Positions 38,709 through 51,239 of a DNA stretch of 64,000 nucleotides are shown in pieces. The notes under the pieces are model-generated. The model saw nothing but the letters and a program-made list of their open reading frames with translations. It was not told where the DNA came from and made no database searches. The DNA lies in contig CM075977.1 in assembly GCA_038087875.1 (NCBI GenBank), positions 248,124,001 to 248,188,000 on the forward strand, given 5' to 3'. Within the stretch, counting starts at the first letter, position 1. Each line of letters opens with the position of its first letter. Origin of the DNA: Malacoraja senta (Eukaryota). A program made the position numbers and the translations under genes.

Positions 38709-39035
38709 GATCCTCAAACATGGCGTAAATGTTTACCTCCACCAGATTTGCCACTGGAGCTAATGGGGAAGAGAACATTATGTTGTGCAAAACTTTGCTC
38801 CATTGTAAATGATGTCTTAAGTCTCAAGCCTAATTGAATATTTCTGTAAGAGACCTATATACAAAATTGCGAAAGCACACATATGGTACACAAGTGCCAA
38901 TATTTCTGTTCAATTTCATTTTCCCTGGGATTCAGAACAACATAAATATCTATTCTACTGCTTTTCTAGCTGGGAATACCTACCAGTTGGAATAATGGGG
39001 ACTTGCGAATTTATCTGGAACTTGGATTCCTGGCT

Positions 39036-39162
39036 TCAGGGATATGGGGAGAAATCAGGAATGGGGTACTGATTTTGGATGATGAGCCATGATCACATTG
39101 AATGGCGGTGCTGGCTCAAAGGGCTGAATGTTCTACTCCTGCACCTATTTTATATGTTTCTA
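39036..39162 (+). mobile_element. CR1 3'UTR-only insertion
   Basis: Matches the 3' ends at 520-650 and 7970-8090. Confidence 0.85.
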
Positions 39163-41490
39163 AGATATTCAGGTTTGCTCCTCCATGTTCTGTGACTTGG
39201 AATGTGTTGAAAAACAGGCTGTGGAATGTTCTGTGTTCAACTTAGCATACTGGATGTTCTATCATTGCCAATAAATTCCAATCTTTCATCATCAATTATC
39301 TCATCATGGATCCATCTTAAAGCTTAGAAATACAGAATGGAAACAAGCCATTTGGCCCACCGAGTCCATGCAATATTTCGTTGTTGTCCAGAATTCTGCA
39401 GCACTTCTGCCAAAGTTATGGTAAACTAGCAGAAGAAAGCCCTGAAAATTTGACTCTCCGGAGTGTTGCTGCAATGGCTCAGTGAGATATTAACTTATGC
39501 CAGACATGAATGGCTTTGGACTACATTATGGACGTCTCTTTTAGTGGCATGCATGATACCTAGAGGCAATAACCCTAACTTGGCCGACTGCCACAATGTG
39601 GAGACTATTACTAAGAGTCAAAATTAGTAAATGTGGCTCCAAAATATCCTTGGATAATCTGTAAGAAAGAGATTATCAAACAAAGGAATAAAAATCAATA
39701 ATCACCGATTTTTACCAGACTGTCAAACTTCAGCAACTTGCTCACAACATGGTCAGATTAAAATGTTCCATTCATTCACTATTTTCTTTGTTATTTTACT
39801 AGCATATAAATATTTACAGCATTACTAAACTATAAAATGAGCAAAGTTATAATGATTACAACAAATTTATGATCGTAGTGTGCTGTTAATGTATATCATT
39901 TATGGAAGAAAACTTCAGCAATTAGTTGCAGGCCTTAGCTGTGAGATTGACTTTATACAAGAACTGTGAGATTATCCAGCACTCTCTTAACTTTCAGTAG
40001 CAAAGTGGAAAAAAAGCCAGATATACTTCTGAATTTATAGGAATGGCAGTCATCCCAAGTTTCAAATTGCTGCCTTCAGCACACTCTGTCAGAAATGTAT
40101 CCTTTCCCACTGCTCTGTGCATGTTGCTAAAGCGACGTATTTGTTCCAGTCACATTGATTTCAATGAAACCGCATTTTGAATTTGGAAACAAAGCACACA
40201 TACTGCTATATACAATGTTAAGCATATGAGACCATAGATGACTTTTTTGCCCAGGGTTGTGAAAGAGTGGATCAATTCCAAGAGGGTTCATCAAAATTGA
40301 AGAAATTTGTTCCACATAACCTGGACGATTTACCCTGAGATGATATTAATCTCATCTAATAAAAAAGGAAATTCCTGGAAACACATAGCAAATCAATCAT
40401 ATACCTGAATTAGGAAGATCTAGTTTAGATTCCAGTTTAGTTTATTATTGTCACACGTACAGCGATACACTGAAAAACTTGTTGAGCATGCTATCCTGTC
40501 AAATCATACTATATGTGAGTACAATAGGTCCTGTTCAAGAACAATACGCAGAGAGTTGCCATGGTCTGGCACTATCTTGCAAATTCCAACTCTCTGACAA
40601 GTCCGATCTTACTTATCAAGTTCTTATTTTCTCACTTTAAGGCCCAGTGTCCTGGCGGAACCGGATCAATGAAATAGGGATTGGCCTGGCCCAGCACGAT
40701 GCTATTAGTTCCTTCCACCAGGTTGCACTCGATTCACTCCCACCCCTCCCCCCTCCTCCTCCCCCACTCCCCCACTAGCAATATGGTCTCCCGCGACCCT
40801 GCATTAGTGTGGTGATGAGTGAGCCTCATTACCACATTTTCTCTAAACAATCACTTTCTCGGCTCCCTCAATGCCAACATTTGCCCTACTTTCTACAGTT
40901 CCACGACCTAGACTAATCAGTAAACAAATGGTTTTTCTTGGGATGCAGGGAGGCCTAGTACAGATTTTAAACTTTTGAAGGAATAGATAGAGATAGAAAG
41001 AGAGACTGTTGCCACTTATGATTTATGAACAAAGCTGAAGGTTATCAAGATGCTGTAAGTGCTGTAAGGTCACAAAAAATCAAATAGGAAATTCAGTGAA
41101 ACCCTTTTAAACGGAGAATACTGCCAATATGGAATGGTTCTCATATTTCATCAGCAGTGGTTCTGACTAATTTGTCCCAAGAGGAAGCAACTTAAACATG
41201 TGAGAGAGAATTTTTTTTTTTAAAGTATTTGCTGAGGGGCCTGGTGAGAAAACTAGAGTGTAGCAGAACCATCAATTGGTTTAAACCAGTTGCTTTGTTT
41301 AATTTCCCACCTCTCTTCCATGAATCTAATCTGCATCTGCCTTAGTTCTGATCTTTCCACTACTTCTCTTGCTCCCAGTATTTGATGACAATGTTGGTGG
41401 CATATTTTGCTGAATTTGTCACATGCACCAAGGTAGTGATAAACTTTGGTTCGCAGGCAATCCAGGCAAGTACATCAAGGTAGTACATCA

Positions 41491-41830
41491 GGACTACAGA
41501 TGGCGCAATGGGCTAAGTGTTCGGCTGGCAACCGGAAGGTAGCCGGTTTGAATCCCGCTTGGAGTGCATACTGTCGTTGTGTCCTTGGGCAAGACACTTC
41601 ACCCACCTTTGCCTGCGTGTGAATGTGTGTGAGTGATTGGTGGTGGTCGGAGGGGCCGTAGGCGCAGATTAGCAGCCACGCTTCCGTCAGTCTGCCCCAG
41701 GGCAGCTGTGGCTACGGAAGTAGCTCACCACCACCGAGTGTGACTGAGGAATGAATGAATAATGCGATGTAAAGGGCCTTGAGTATTAGAAAGGCGCTAT
41801 ATAAATCCCATCCATTATTATTATTATTAT
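41491..41830 (+). mobile_element. Full-length tRNA-derived SINE with L2-type tail (teleost AFC-like)
   Basis: A-box tggcgcaatgg, B-box ggtttgaatccc, CORE-like gtgtccttgggcaagacactt, tail tgtaaag..gcgctatataaat, (ATT)n; flanking duplication. Confidence 0.85.
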
Positions 41831-44800
41831 ATGCAAGTACATCATATGCAAGTACATCAAGGTAGTGCATGAGAGCAAAAGAAACATAATATTTAATATA
41901 GTGTTACAGCTACAGGGAAAGTGCAGATATAAAAAAATCTGCAAGGGTCGCAACGAGGTGATTTGCAAGCTGCAAGGGTCTGAGCTATAGGGAGAGATTG
42001 AGTAGGCTGGGACTCTATTCCCTGGAGCGCAGTTATTATTGTAATGTAGTGTTGCCTGACAATCCTAAATAAGAACAGAGATATCCATTTGTATCAAAAA
42101 TTAGAAATATCCAGGATCAACTAGGAATTATATAGATGCTAAAGAGACGATAATTTATGGGAATTCAAAGAAAGGTCGGGACTAGGAAGCTCTATTATTT
42201 TTTTGCAGAGACTTAATGGTTTGAATAGCTTCTTTCTGTGACATAACAATTCCATGATTCAAAACTTCATATCTATCCTTTCCTGCATCCAACTCCATTA
42301 ATGGAAGCAGTTTTCAGTCACCTTGGTGTTTACCAATCAAATTTCACAAAGATAACTATCTCAGAAATCCTGAACTGACTACAAATACTTTGAGATGTCC
42401 TGCAGTTGTGAAATGTGGTAAATAAACTGAGCCAAATGTTCGTAGAGGCTCTTTCTTTCACCATACTCCAACTAACCCAACAATCACCCTGAAACTACCT
42501 GCCTCAAATATGTTTAGGAAGCCTTCCGTTATATAATTAAAAATAGAATGTTGTAATTGGATAACATTATAACTCTGCTTTAGAGCCACATTGTGCTAGA
42601 GGAACTCTATTTTCCTCAATTCAGTCAGAAGTAAAAATAGACTGTTCTAGGGTGCAGGTTGATTATATAAAAGTATATTTTTATAAATGAATTCCAGGTT
42701 GAGACCCACTGTATGCAATGCTTCAGTTTACAGTATTTCATTGTCTATGATCTCACTGAAATTCATGGTGATACTCAAAAGATGGAGTTAGATAAATCCG
42801 GACACACAGTGATAAACATTTGAGATAGGCAATAAAATATACAATGCACCTTACAAAATGAATATGAAGTTGTCTTTCAGTTTGAGTAGATCTAAAAGCT
42901 GGATGATTGAAAACAAATATATTATTTGATCCAGTTTTGTCTTTATCTGGCACAAGCCATACAATGACCAACAGAGGTTAGGTGTGCCTTGGTGGTGTGC
43001 GTGAATATACAAACATGAATGTGAGAATAAAGCAGGCAGTGACATTTTCTTTCCGATCCTTTGCAGCTTATTACTACTTCAGTTGCCAAAAAGGCAGAAA
43101 TACATCTTTTGCAACCACTGTATCTCCCAGGTTTTTTTCCCATCAATGACTCTCACAAACCACGGTGACTAAGGGAAATGAACTTGAGTTTATATTTATA
43201 TTTGCAGGTTGCTCTGTACCCCCTTCTCTCTCTCTCTCAAGGTTAGTGGTGGGTGTGTTTCCAATGCCCAGCTGTCTCTTGAACGCTGTCGGTATGTGTC
43301 TTGAACCCTTGCAATGATGTATGAAGGGAATGAGACTCAAATTCCTAATGTTTGAGGGATGGACAAGCATCAGGTACTGAAATCTATTGGGTGGGGTGGA
43401 CAAGGGCTTGATCCAGGGTGCCCTGTGGAGGGAAGGATGCTGTTAATTGATTTTCATTAAGAATCAGTTTCTTAATTTTAGAAAAAATTTCAAAATTCAG
43501 AAGTATTTTATAAGCGAGAGTCTCAATCCATGACTACAAGATGGTGATGTGACCGTAAGATTGTTTGCCTGCTTGGATCTGTCCTGACATAAAAAGTAGT
43601 TATTGGTCACATGCTAGGATTTTGTACACAGCTCTAATCAGATGCAAGCTAATGAGTGGCATATTGTAGCGCACATTTATCTGATTCTCATGGTCTTTCA
43701 GTAATTACAAGCCCAATCTCCAACAGCTTAATCAATGGACTTGGTCGGTAATAAAATTCAAGATCAATACATTTAAAAGGAGATTGAGAAGTGTTCTAAA
43801 GACACAAGGCCTACAAATGCTGGAATCTTGAGCAAAACACAAAATGTTGGAGGAACACAGAGGGTCAGGCGCCTGAGCCATACCACTGGCTCTGTAATTT
43901 TCACGCTTTAGGTGGGTTAATTTGCACATTTAATCCACTATTTAATACCAACACACCACTGAAGTTTGAACAGTTACATTATTTTGCACTTCAGCTGCTG
44001 GTTAATGGGGAAACTGTGTGAAGTGGAAATGTACTTGCAGTAAAAACCTAACCATATTACGGAAGAGCCAGAGGTAGAATCATAAAGGAACTGGAACTGG
44101 CACAACATGCTTGTCTGTTGTTTCCTAACAGGCAGATAGTAAAAGAATGTGGTTACCTGACAAATATGCTTCATATAAATTAAGAACTGCTGTTACACCC
44201 TCGGGATCACATAGTTTTTGTGCTATTTTATGAAAGAAGATGGAATTGATTCATCTCTCGTGGAAAGCGTCGTAGCTTGTTATCGTTCAAACCCCGTGGC
44301 AATTTAAATCTACGTATTCATTGTAAAGCAATGTATTATTTGAAGTATCATATTGGCTGCAGCACATTGCATGTGTTAAAATAAAACATAACTGATGCAA
44401 CTCTAAATGACACATCGCAGCAAGTTCTAACAAAGCATTAAAATATTAGCATTAAATATTTAATTACTTTTATGAGATTTTTTAAAAAGGGGTTGTTAAT
44501 TGGTACCTGATTTTTCTAATCATTAGGCATTTTAAAACTACAAGAATGTAGATAACTGCAAGTGTGATTGGATCTGTAAGGACATATTATTGACTGTCAT
44601 TGCTTGGAGGATGGGTGATGTATCTATTATCCTCCAGTCAGGATGCAAGAACCTGGTTTAGCCATGGATTGTGGGTGAGTCCATTTTGCATGTTGGCATT
44701 TTATGGATCGCTTCTCAAAAAAAGAGCCCAAATGCCCACTAAGAACAATGCCCCCTACAAAAATGGCAACAAAAACCGCATAAACACGTTAAGTGGAATG

Positions 44801-45724
44801 GGCTTCTGCACGTAGCAGGGGGTTGTAACAATGCAAGGTTCCCTCAGTGTCCAGCCAGACAATGCAATATTCAGCTGAGGAACAATGTTCAGAAAGTCAG
44901 TGGTTTGGCCCCTTAATGGTAGGGGGTTGCTATGAAGTCATCATCTCCTCTGGAATAGCAAAACAAAATCAGGCAATTATGGATAGAATAAAATTGCAGT
45001 AATGCCTGCTGGGAATCATGTCTGAATGAGTGAGTACAAGATAGGCCGAACCACGTTGCTCCTTGAAACCTTTCCACCTATATGTTTTGTGAGATATCAG
45101 AGGAAATTGGCATCCATACAACTGTTACATAGGATCACCACCATTGGAAAATAGCACATAAGCATAGAGAATAATTAAGTACCTGAAGGTGAACAAATTA
45201 TGATAATGACCAGTAACGGTTATGCTTCAGATAAATGTCTGTTTCTATTCCTAATTTATCCCACTACACCGTTTCTTTAAACTACAATGTGCTTTGACAA
45301 ACAGGGTAAAGAAGAAAAGTTATGGTTCTATTTTACTCACAATGTGTTGAGTTCACAGTTTCAGGCATTATTTCATGAAACATCACAAAAAATAAGAAAT
45401 GTTGTCACTCACATCACACCCACATTCACCTTCTCAGTGGCATTCATAGGAGAATGTTGATGTATCACATAGTCTTGGAGTAATTTTACACGTGACAGTA
45501 AACCTAAAAATAGAGAAGATAAAAAGTATATTTCTATTTTGAAAAAATGACAAATTGCCAGTAAGGTCTGAAAATAAGACTTTTATGAAGTGTAATTAAG
45601 ACTGGATCATTACAATTGTACTATCATTATATATGCCACTTATCAATACAGTTTCTTGATGGGTATGGGGTGGAATGCATTTGCCTACAGAGGGGGAATT
45701 AATAAGTAAACTTCTAAAATATAC

Positions 45725-45982
45725 TGTTTAGTTTAGAGATACCGCATGGAAATAGGCCCGTTGGCCCACCAAGTCCGTGGCAACCATCAATCATCCATTT
45801 ACACTAGGTCTATGTTATCCCATTTTCTCATCTACTCCCTACACTGGGGACAATTTACAGAAACCAATTAATCTTCAAACTCACATGTGGGAGGAAACTG
45901 GAGTTCCTGGAGGAAACCCACAATCCCTGGGAGAACGTGGAATCTCCACACAGACTCACCCAAGATCAGGATCAAACCTGGT
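45725..45982 (-). mobile_element. HE1-type SINE; its head appears displaced to about 47352-47400 by the Penelope insertion
   Basis: gtttagtttagagatac tail; aacctggttctct resumes as ctggttctctgtagctgtgaggcag after 47350. Confidence 0.7.
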
Positions 45983-47350
45983 TCTCTCTCATCCCTTCCC
46001 ACCCAAACCACCCGCTCCCCAGGTACCTCCCCCTGCAACCGCAGAAGTTGTAACACCAGTTGCTATACCTCCTCCCTCAATTCTGTCCAGGGACTCCGAC
46101 ATCCCTTTCAGGTTAGGCAGAGGTTCACTTGCACCTCCTCCAACCTCATCTACTGTATCCATTGTTCAAGATGTGGACTCTTATACATCGGGGAGACCAA
46201 ACGCAGACTGGACGATCGTTTTACGGAACACCTTCGTTCAGCCCGTGTGAACCAACCTGATTCCCCGGTTGCTGGACACTTTAATTCACCTTCCCATTCC
46301 TACACAGACCTTTCCGTCAGTCTCCTCCATTGTCAGAGTAAAGTGCCTGTCCCACTTAGGCGATTTAGGCGGTGACTACAGGCGACTAGGCTGTCGCCAC
46401 ATGGTCGCGGGGTGACGTCTGATAGTCGTGAGTTGTCTCCCCAAGTCGTCTAAAGAGTCTTAACTTTTTTCTTGTCGCCGTTGGATTTTGAAATGTTCAA
46501 AACCTTTCGGCGAATGTGGCCTTGACGTAGCTTGTCTTCTCCTGTCATAGATGCTGTCGTAGGTTGTCGCCAGGATGACGCAGGTTGTCGCCAGGTGACG
46601 CAGGTTATCGCCGGGTGATGACTTTGGTGAATTGCATTGGCGACTACCTACGTCAACCTATGTCAACCGGCAACAGGTACCAGCGACTGAATTGTCTTCA
46701 GTTGTCTCCAGTTGTTGCCGACAGGGTCATAGCTTGTCGTAGCTTGTCGCAGGTGGACGTAGGTTGACTTCGGTTGTCGCAGGTTGTCGTCTGTGTGGTC
46801 GTAGGTTGTCATAGGTGTGGTCGTAGGTGGACGTCCTAATGGGTCTCCGGTTGTCGGTATCTTGACGTCGACTAGGTGGTAGGTTGTCGTAGACATTGTC
46901 GTAGGGAGGGTCCAGTCGCCGTTTTTTTCGGCGACCTGCTAAGACTGTGACTGTCTCCGGCAGTCGCCGACAAATCGCCTAAGTGGGACAGGCCCTTGAG
47001 GCTAAACGCAAATTGGAGGAACAGCATCTCATATTTCGCTTGGGCAGCTTACAGCCCAGTGGTATGAATATTGATTTCCCTCATTTCAGGTAGCCCCAGC
47101 ATTCCGTCTCTCTCTATCCTTCCCCCACCCAAGTCGCACTAGCTTCTCATTTTCACCCTACAATGGCCTGTTTCCTTTATCATCGTCCCTTTTTTGCATA
47201 TCTTTCATTCATTGTTCTTTATCTCCCCACATCACCATCTATATCTCTCGTTTCCCTTATCCCTAACCAATCTGAAGAAGGGTCACCCATTCCTTCTCTC
47301 CAGAGATGCTGCCTGTCCCGCTGAGTTACTCCTGCTTTTTGTGTCTATTT
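45983..47350 (+). mobile_element. Penelope-like element 3' fragment (GIY-YIG endonuclease plus pLTR), split by a MITE
   Basis: CTSSNLIYCIHCSRCGLLYIGETKRRLDDRFTEH is a GIY-YIG signature; continues after 46997 (KLEEQHLIFRLGSLQPSGMNIDF); ends in the same unit as the short copies. Confidence 0.92.
46342..46996. mobile_element. PIF/Harbinger-type MITE
   Basis: TIR gcctgtcccacttaggcgattt; 3-bp flanks TAA/TGA; many internal gtcgtaggt and gtcgcc motifs. Confidence 0.85.
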
Positions 47351-47474
47351 TCTGGTTCTCTGTAGCTGTGAGGCAGTTTTACCAGATGCACCACTGTGCC
47401 GTCCTGAAAAGAAGACCTTTATGAAGTATAACGTAAACAGGATCATTACATAGATACTGTCGTTATACACGGCA

Positions 47475-48240
47475 CTGAACACCAGCAAAACCAAGGAACT
47501 GATTGTGGACTTTGGAAGGAGTAGGATGGGGTCCCACAGTCCCGTTTATATCAACGGGTCGATGGTTGAAAGGGTCAAGAGCTTCAAATTCCTGGGCGTG
47601 CACATCTCTGAAGATCTTTCCTGGTCCGAGAACAATGATGCCATTATTAAGAAAGCACATCAGCGCCTCTACTTCCTGAGAAGTTTACAGAGAGTCGGTT
47701 TGTCAAGGAGGACTCTCTCTAACTTCTACAGGTGCACAGTAGAGAGCATGTTGACCGGTTGCATCGTGGCTTGGTTCGGCAACTTGAGTGCCCTGGAGAG
47801 GAAAAGATTACAAAAAGTAGTAAACACTGCCCAGTCCATCATCGGCTCTGACCTCCCTTCCAATGAGGGGATCTACCACAGTCGCTGCCTCAAAAAGGCT
47901 GGCAGCATCATCAAGGACCCACACCATTCTGGCCACACACTCGTCTCCCTACTACCTTCAGGTAGAAGGTACAGGAGCCTGAAGACTGCAACGACCAGGT
48001 TCAGGAACAGCTACTTCCCCACAGCTATTAAACCTGGCTCGGACATAACACTGAACTTTACTAGCCAATACTGTTATTTGCACTTTATCAGTATATTGAC
48101 CATTGTGTATATATTTATAGAATGCCTTGTAGTAAATGCCTACTATGTTCTGTTGTGCTCAAGCAAAGCAAGAATTTCATTGTCCTACCAGGGACACATG
48201 ACAATAAACTCACTTGACTTGACTTGACTTGACTTGACTT
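47475..48240 (+). mobile_element. Rex1/Babar-type LINE 3' fragment with (GACTT)n tail
   Basis: ORF 47505-48227: SFKFLGVHISEDLSWS, LPSGRRYRS. Confidence 0.92.
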
Positions 48241-48525
48241 ATTAACACATTTCCTTGAAGGGTATGGGCTGGAACGGATTGGCCAATAGAGGGGGAATTG
48301 ATAACTAAACTTCTTTAAGATACTGTGCTCTAATATGGCTCGAAGAAACAATTAATATTGAAAACAAAATTAGTCTCATGGTACCAAATTGCAATAAAGT
48401 ATTTTAGAATCTTGGTGTGCAAGAATTGGGACTTACGCATTCTTAATAATAAATATAATTGATCTTCTACTGGATTTCTTAACTTCATTGGTGAAAATGA
48501 GATATTCTGCAAAATTCAACAACAT

Positions 48526-48544
48526 CACCAACAGGTGGCAGCAG
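48526..48544 (+). promoter_or_regulatory. CTCF-like motif
   Basis: caccaacaggtggcagca is close to CCASYAGRKGGCRS, in unique sequence. Confidence 0.45.
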
Positions 48545-50623
48545 ATTGGTTGTCAAAAATGTTATAAGTGCAAATTAAAATGCTTTGCAACAATTTATGC
48601 AATATGGAGGAAAGATTGGTGGAAATGGAATGCCAGATTTCTGTTGAATACTTAAGATTTCCATACACCTTCTGTTAAATTCTTGGAACTTATTGAATGT
48701 TCTTTGTGAGGAAAACTCTGTAGGATTTCAGAGCATTTAATAGTGCCTGTGCTGACTCAAAGTTAATTACACAGTTTTACTCTAGTGTTTACCTGTCAAA
48801 GGGGTTGGTAGGCAACAGTCATATCATCTCAATCACTGTCTATTGTGACAAAAGAATCAATAAAGATGAGTCACTATAGCATCACAAAGTGTCTGATGCT
48901 GAAAGCCGCCCATTCCTAATTGCCTTTAGAGATAGCTGATAATACAAACTTTGAAGTGAAAATCAGCCTAATGAGTGGCCTTGTTGGGAGGGGAGATCAT
49001 GTGTCACACCAGTTTGCAAATACTTGCACACAAAGCAGCCAAAGGGAAGTCTTTTCCTTTTGGCTGGGTGACTGTCAAGCTCCTCATACCCACTGACCAG
49101 TACAAAGGCATAGACTGACACCCAGCAGGAGACAGTGGCCTGCTGATCAAGAAAGACTCCATCCATCTTCCTCTGCCTTTAATCAGCCTAGCTGGAGCCC
49201 TCTGGACCTCTTCATGTTAACATTAAATTCATAGGAATGACTTTCTGTCTCTTCTTGAAAAGACAGGAGATTAAAATTGTTATTATCTTAATAGTGTGCT
49301 TCAGGCTGTGGCTGCCTAACAAACAATCCCTTAAAAAAATTAAAACCAGAGAGCAATGCAAAACGAGTCAAAGTGTATTAATATGTTTTAATATAATGGA
49401 ATCATTAGGCTGAAATCAAAACCTACAGCATCTATTTCATTATACCTCACTGTTAATTTCTTCAATCAGATAAGTAATTGTGCATGGTATGTAACAATTG
49501 CACAGCATACAGAATTTCATTCAAAATTTTTTTTTAATCACCGTCATATGTAATCTTACAAACCACCTTTGTAAAATATACTATACGGTAGCCTGCATTG
49601 AGGTACTTTATGCAAACCTCATATTAAAATAGTTGTACAGTTACTCTTCAGTCACTAGTGAGCTTTTCCAATAGCTTCATAAACGGTGAAGTACACCAAA
49701 TGTTTGAAGCAAAGGATCTCAAATGCAATCAGTAACACCGTTTTTTAAGCAATTTAAATAGATTTACTGTAACATCTACAGGTCTGGAAAGTTTGATGCT
49801 AATGTTTTCAAATCAGTTGTTATCAAATTTCCAGACTTGTAGTGCTCTTTGTGTGGACAGACATTTGGTCTGAATTAGTTGAAGCTTTGCAGCTGGCACC
49901 AGCCATGCTCCACTGCAGTTTGAGTAAGACATCAGTACAAAGCACTTTAATCATTTCCATTGGTACAGGTTAATATGATGGACTTGGAGCAGTAGATACT
50001 TCCTAGACAAAGCGGTGACTGAACTTTAATCAGTAACATTGAGAGACTTTCAGCACTGTTGGACAGAGAATATCAGACATCTGATAAGACTTCTCAACTC
50101 TTTCTTGGCCCATTAGCAATTTGGTCCAATTTAAAAATAGTTTCAGTTCACTTTCAAAATGACCCACCATTCAAATGGGAATTTAAAAATTGAATGATGC
50201 AGAGTACATTACATGGCCAGTTTAACAGGAGACAGTCAGCAATCCTTTCATCACACAACAATGCAAAAGATAGAAAGTCTCAACATGTAAATGGGCTATA
50301 TTTTCAACGTTCTAGCCTTCAAAAATAATTTTACTGGATTACTGGAAAGTTGAACTATTTTTTTCAACCGCGAGAGACAAATGATTAGGAACAGTTTGTA
50401 TGATCTGACGTGGAAAACAAATCTCAAGCAGAAGAGCCTAAAATACGTCTCAATTTATTGGCTGAGAAAATAAAGTAGGCTGGTACAATTTCTTCACCTG
50501 GTACAACAATTGATTACCAGTAACGCGACAGATAGTTACTATAGATTAGTATATTAAAAAAACTTTAAATCACCAAATTTCATATTTAAAACTAAAATAT
50601 ATTGCTAATTAAATAATTTGTTA

Positions 50624-50797
50624 GGGGGACAGGCAGCATCTCTGGAAAGAAGGAATAGGTGACGTTTCAGGTCGATACCCTTCAGAGTCTGAAGAAGGGT
50701 CTCGACCCGAAACGTCACCCATTCTTTCTCTCCAGTTACTCCACCATTTTGTGTCTACCTTCGATTTAAACCAGCATCTGCAGTTCTTTCCTACACA
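50624..50797 (+). mobile_element. Penelope pLTR-derived composite: inverted partial copy plus forward copy, 14-bp TSD
   Basis: Minus-strand core 50661-50685 and plus-strand intact core 50689-50716; taaataatttgtta at 50610-50623 and 50798-50811. Confidence 0.85.
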
Positions 50798-51239
50798 TAA
50801 ATAATTTGTTATTTGTTTTATCAAAAATTATTTTCAGCAATTATAATTACCCAATGTAATGTTTTATATTACATACTGTGTTACTGAGAAACAGTTCTTA
50901 ATTTGTATTTATAATTCTCAGACAGGCTAACCAAGTTTTTACGACTGATATTAATGTCAAATATGCCCGTGATACACACAAACAATAACTATCTAAAAAG
51001 GAAGATGGTAGCCAGAATTAATGCTGATCGTTAAACAAATAAGAAAATTGCAAAGACTTTGAACAATTATCTGTATCAATTTTAGAAAATTCTGTATACA
51101 ACCTGATAATAGTAGAACATCCAAGTGCAAAAGAAATGGAAGAACATAATGACAGGGGGTGGGGAAGGTAAACAGGAAACTAATGGGATTAATGACTGAC
51201 AAGATTGCTGGACCCTTTTAATGCCAAGCCCTCAACAGC

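Noticed and set aside
41491-41565. tRNA gene
   Set aside because: It is the tRNA-derived head of a SINE and runs into a SINE body and tail.
43241-43373. Apparent exon (pyrimidine tract-AG ... CAG|GT)
   Set aside because: Stops in all three frames; cannot be supported as coding.
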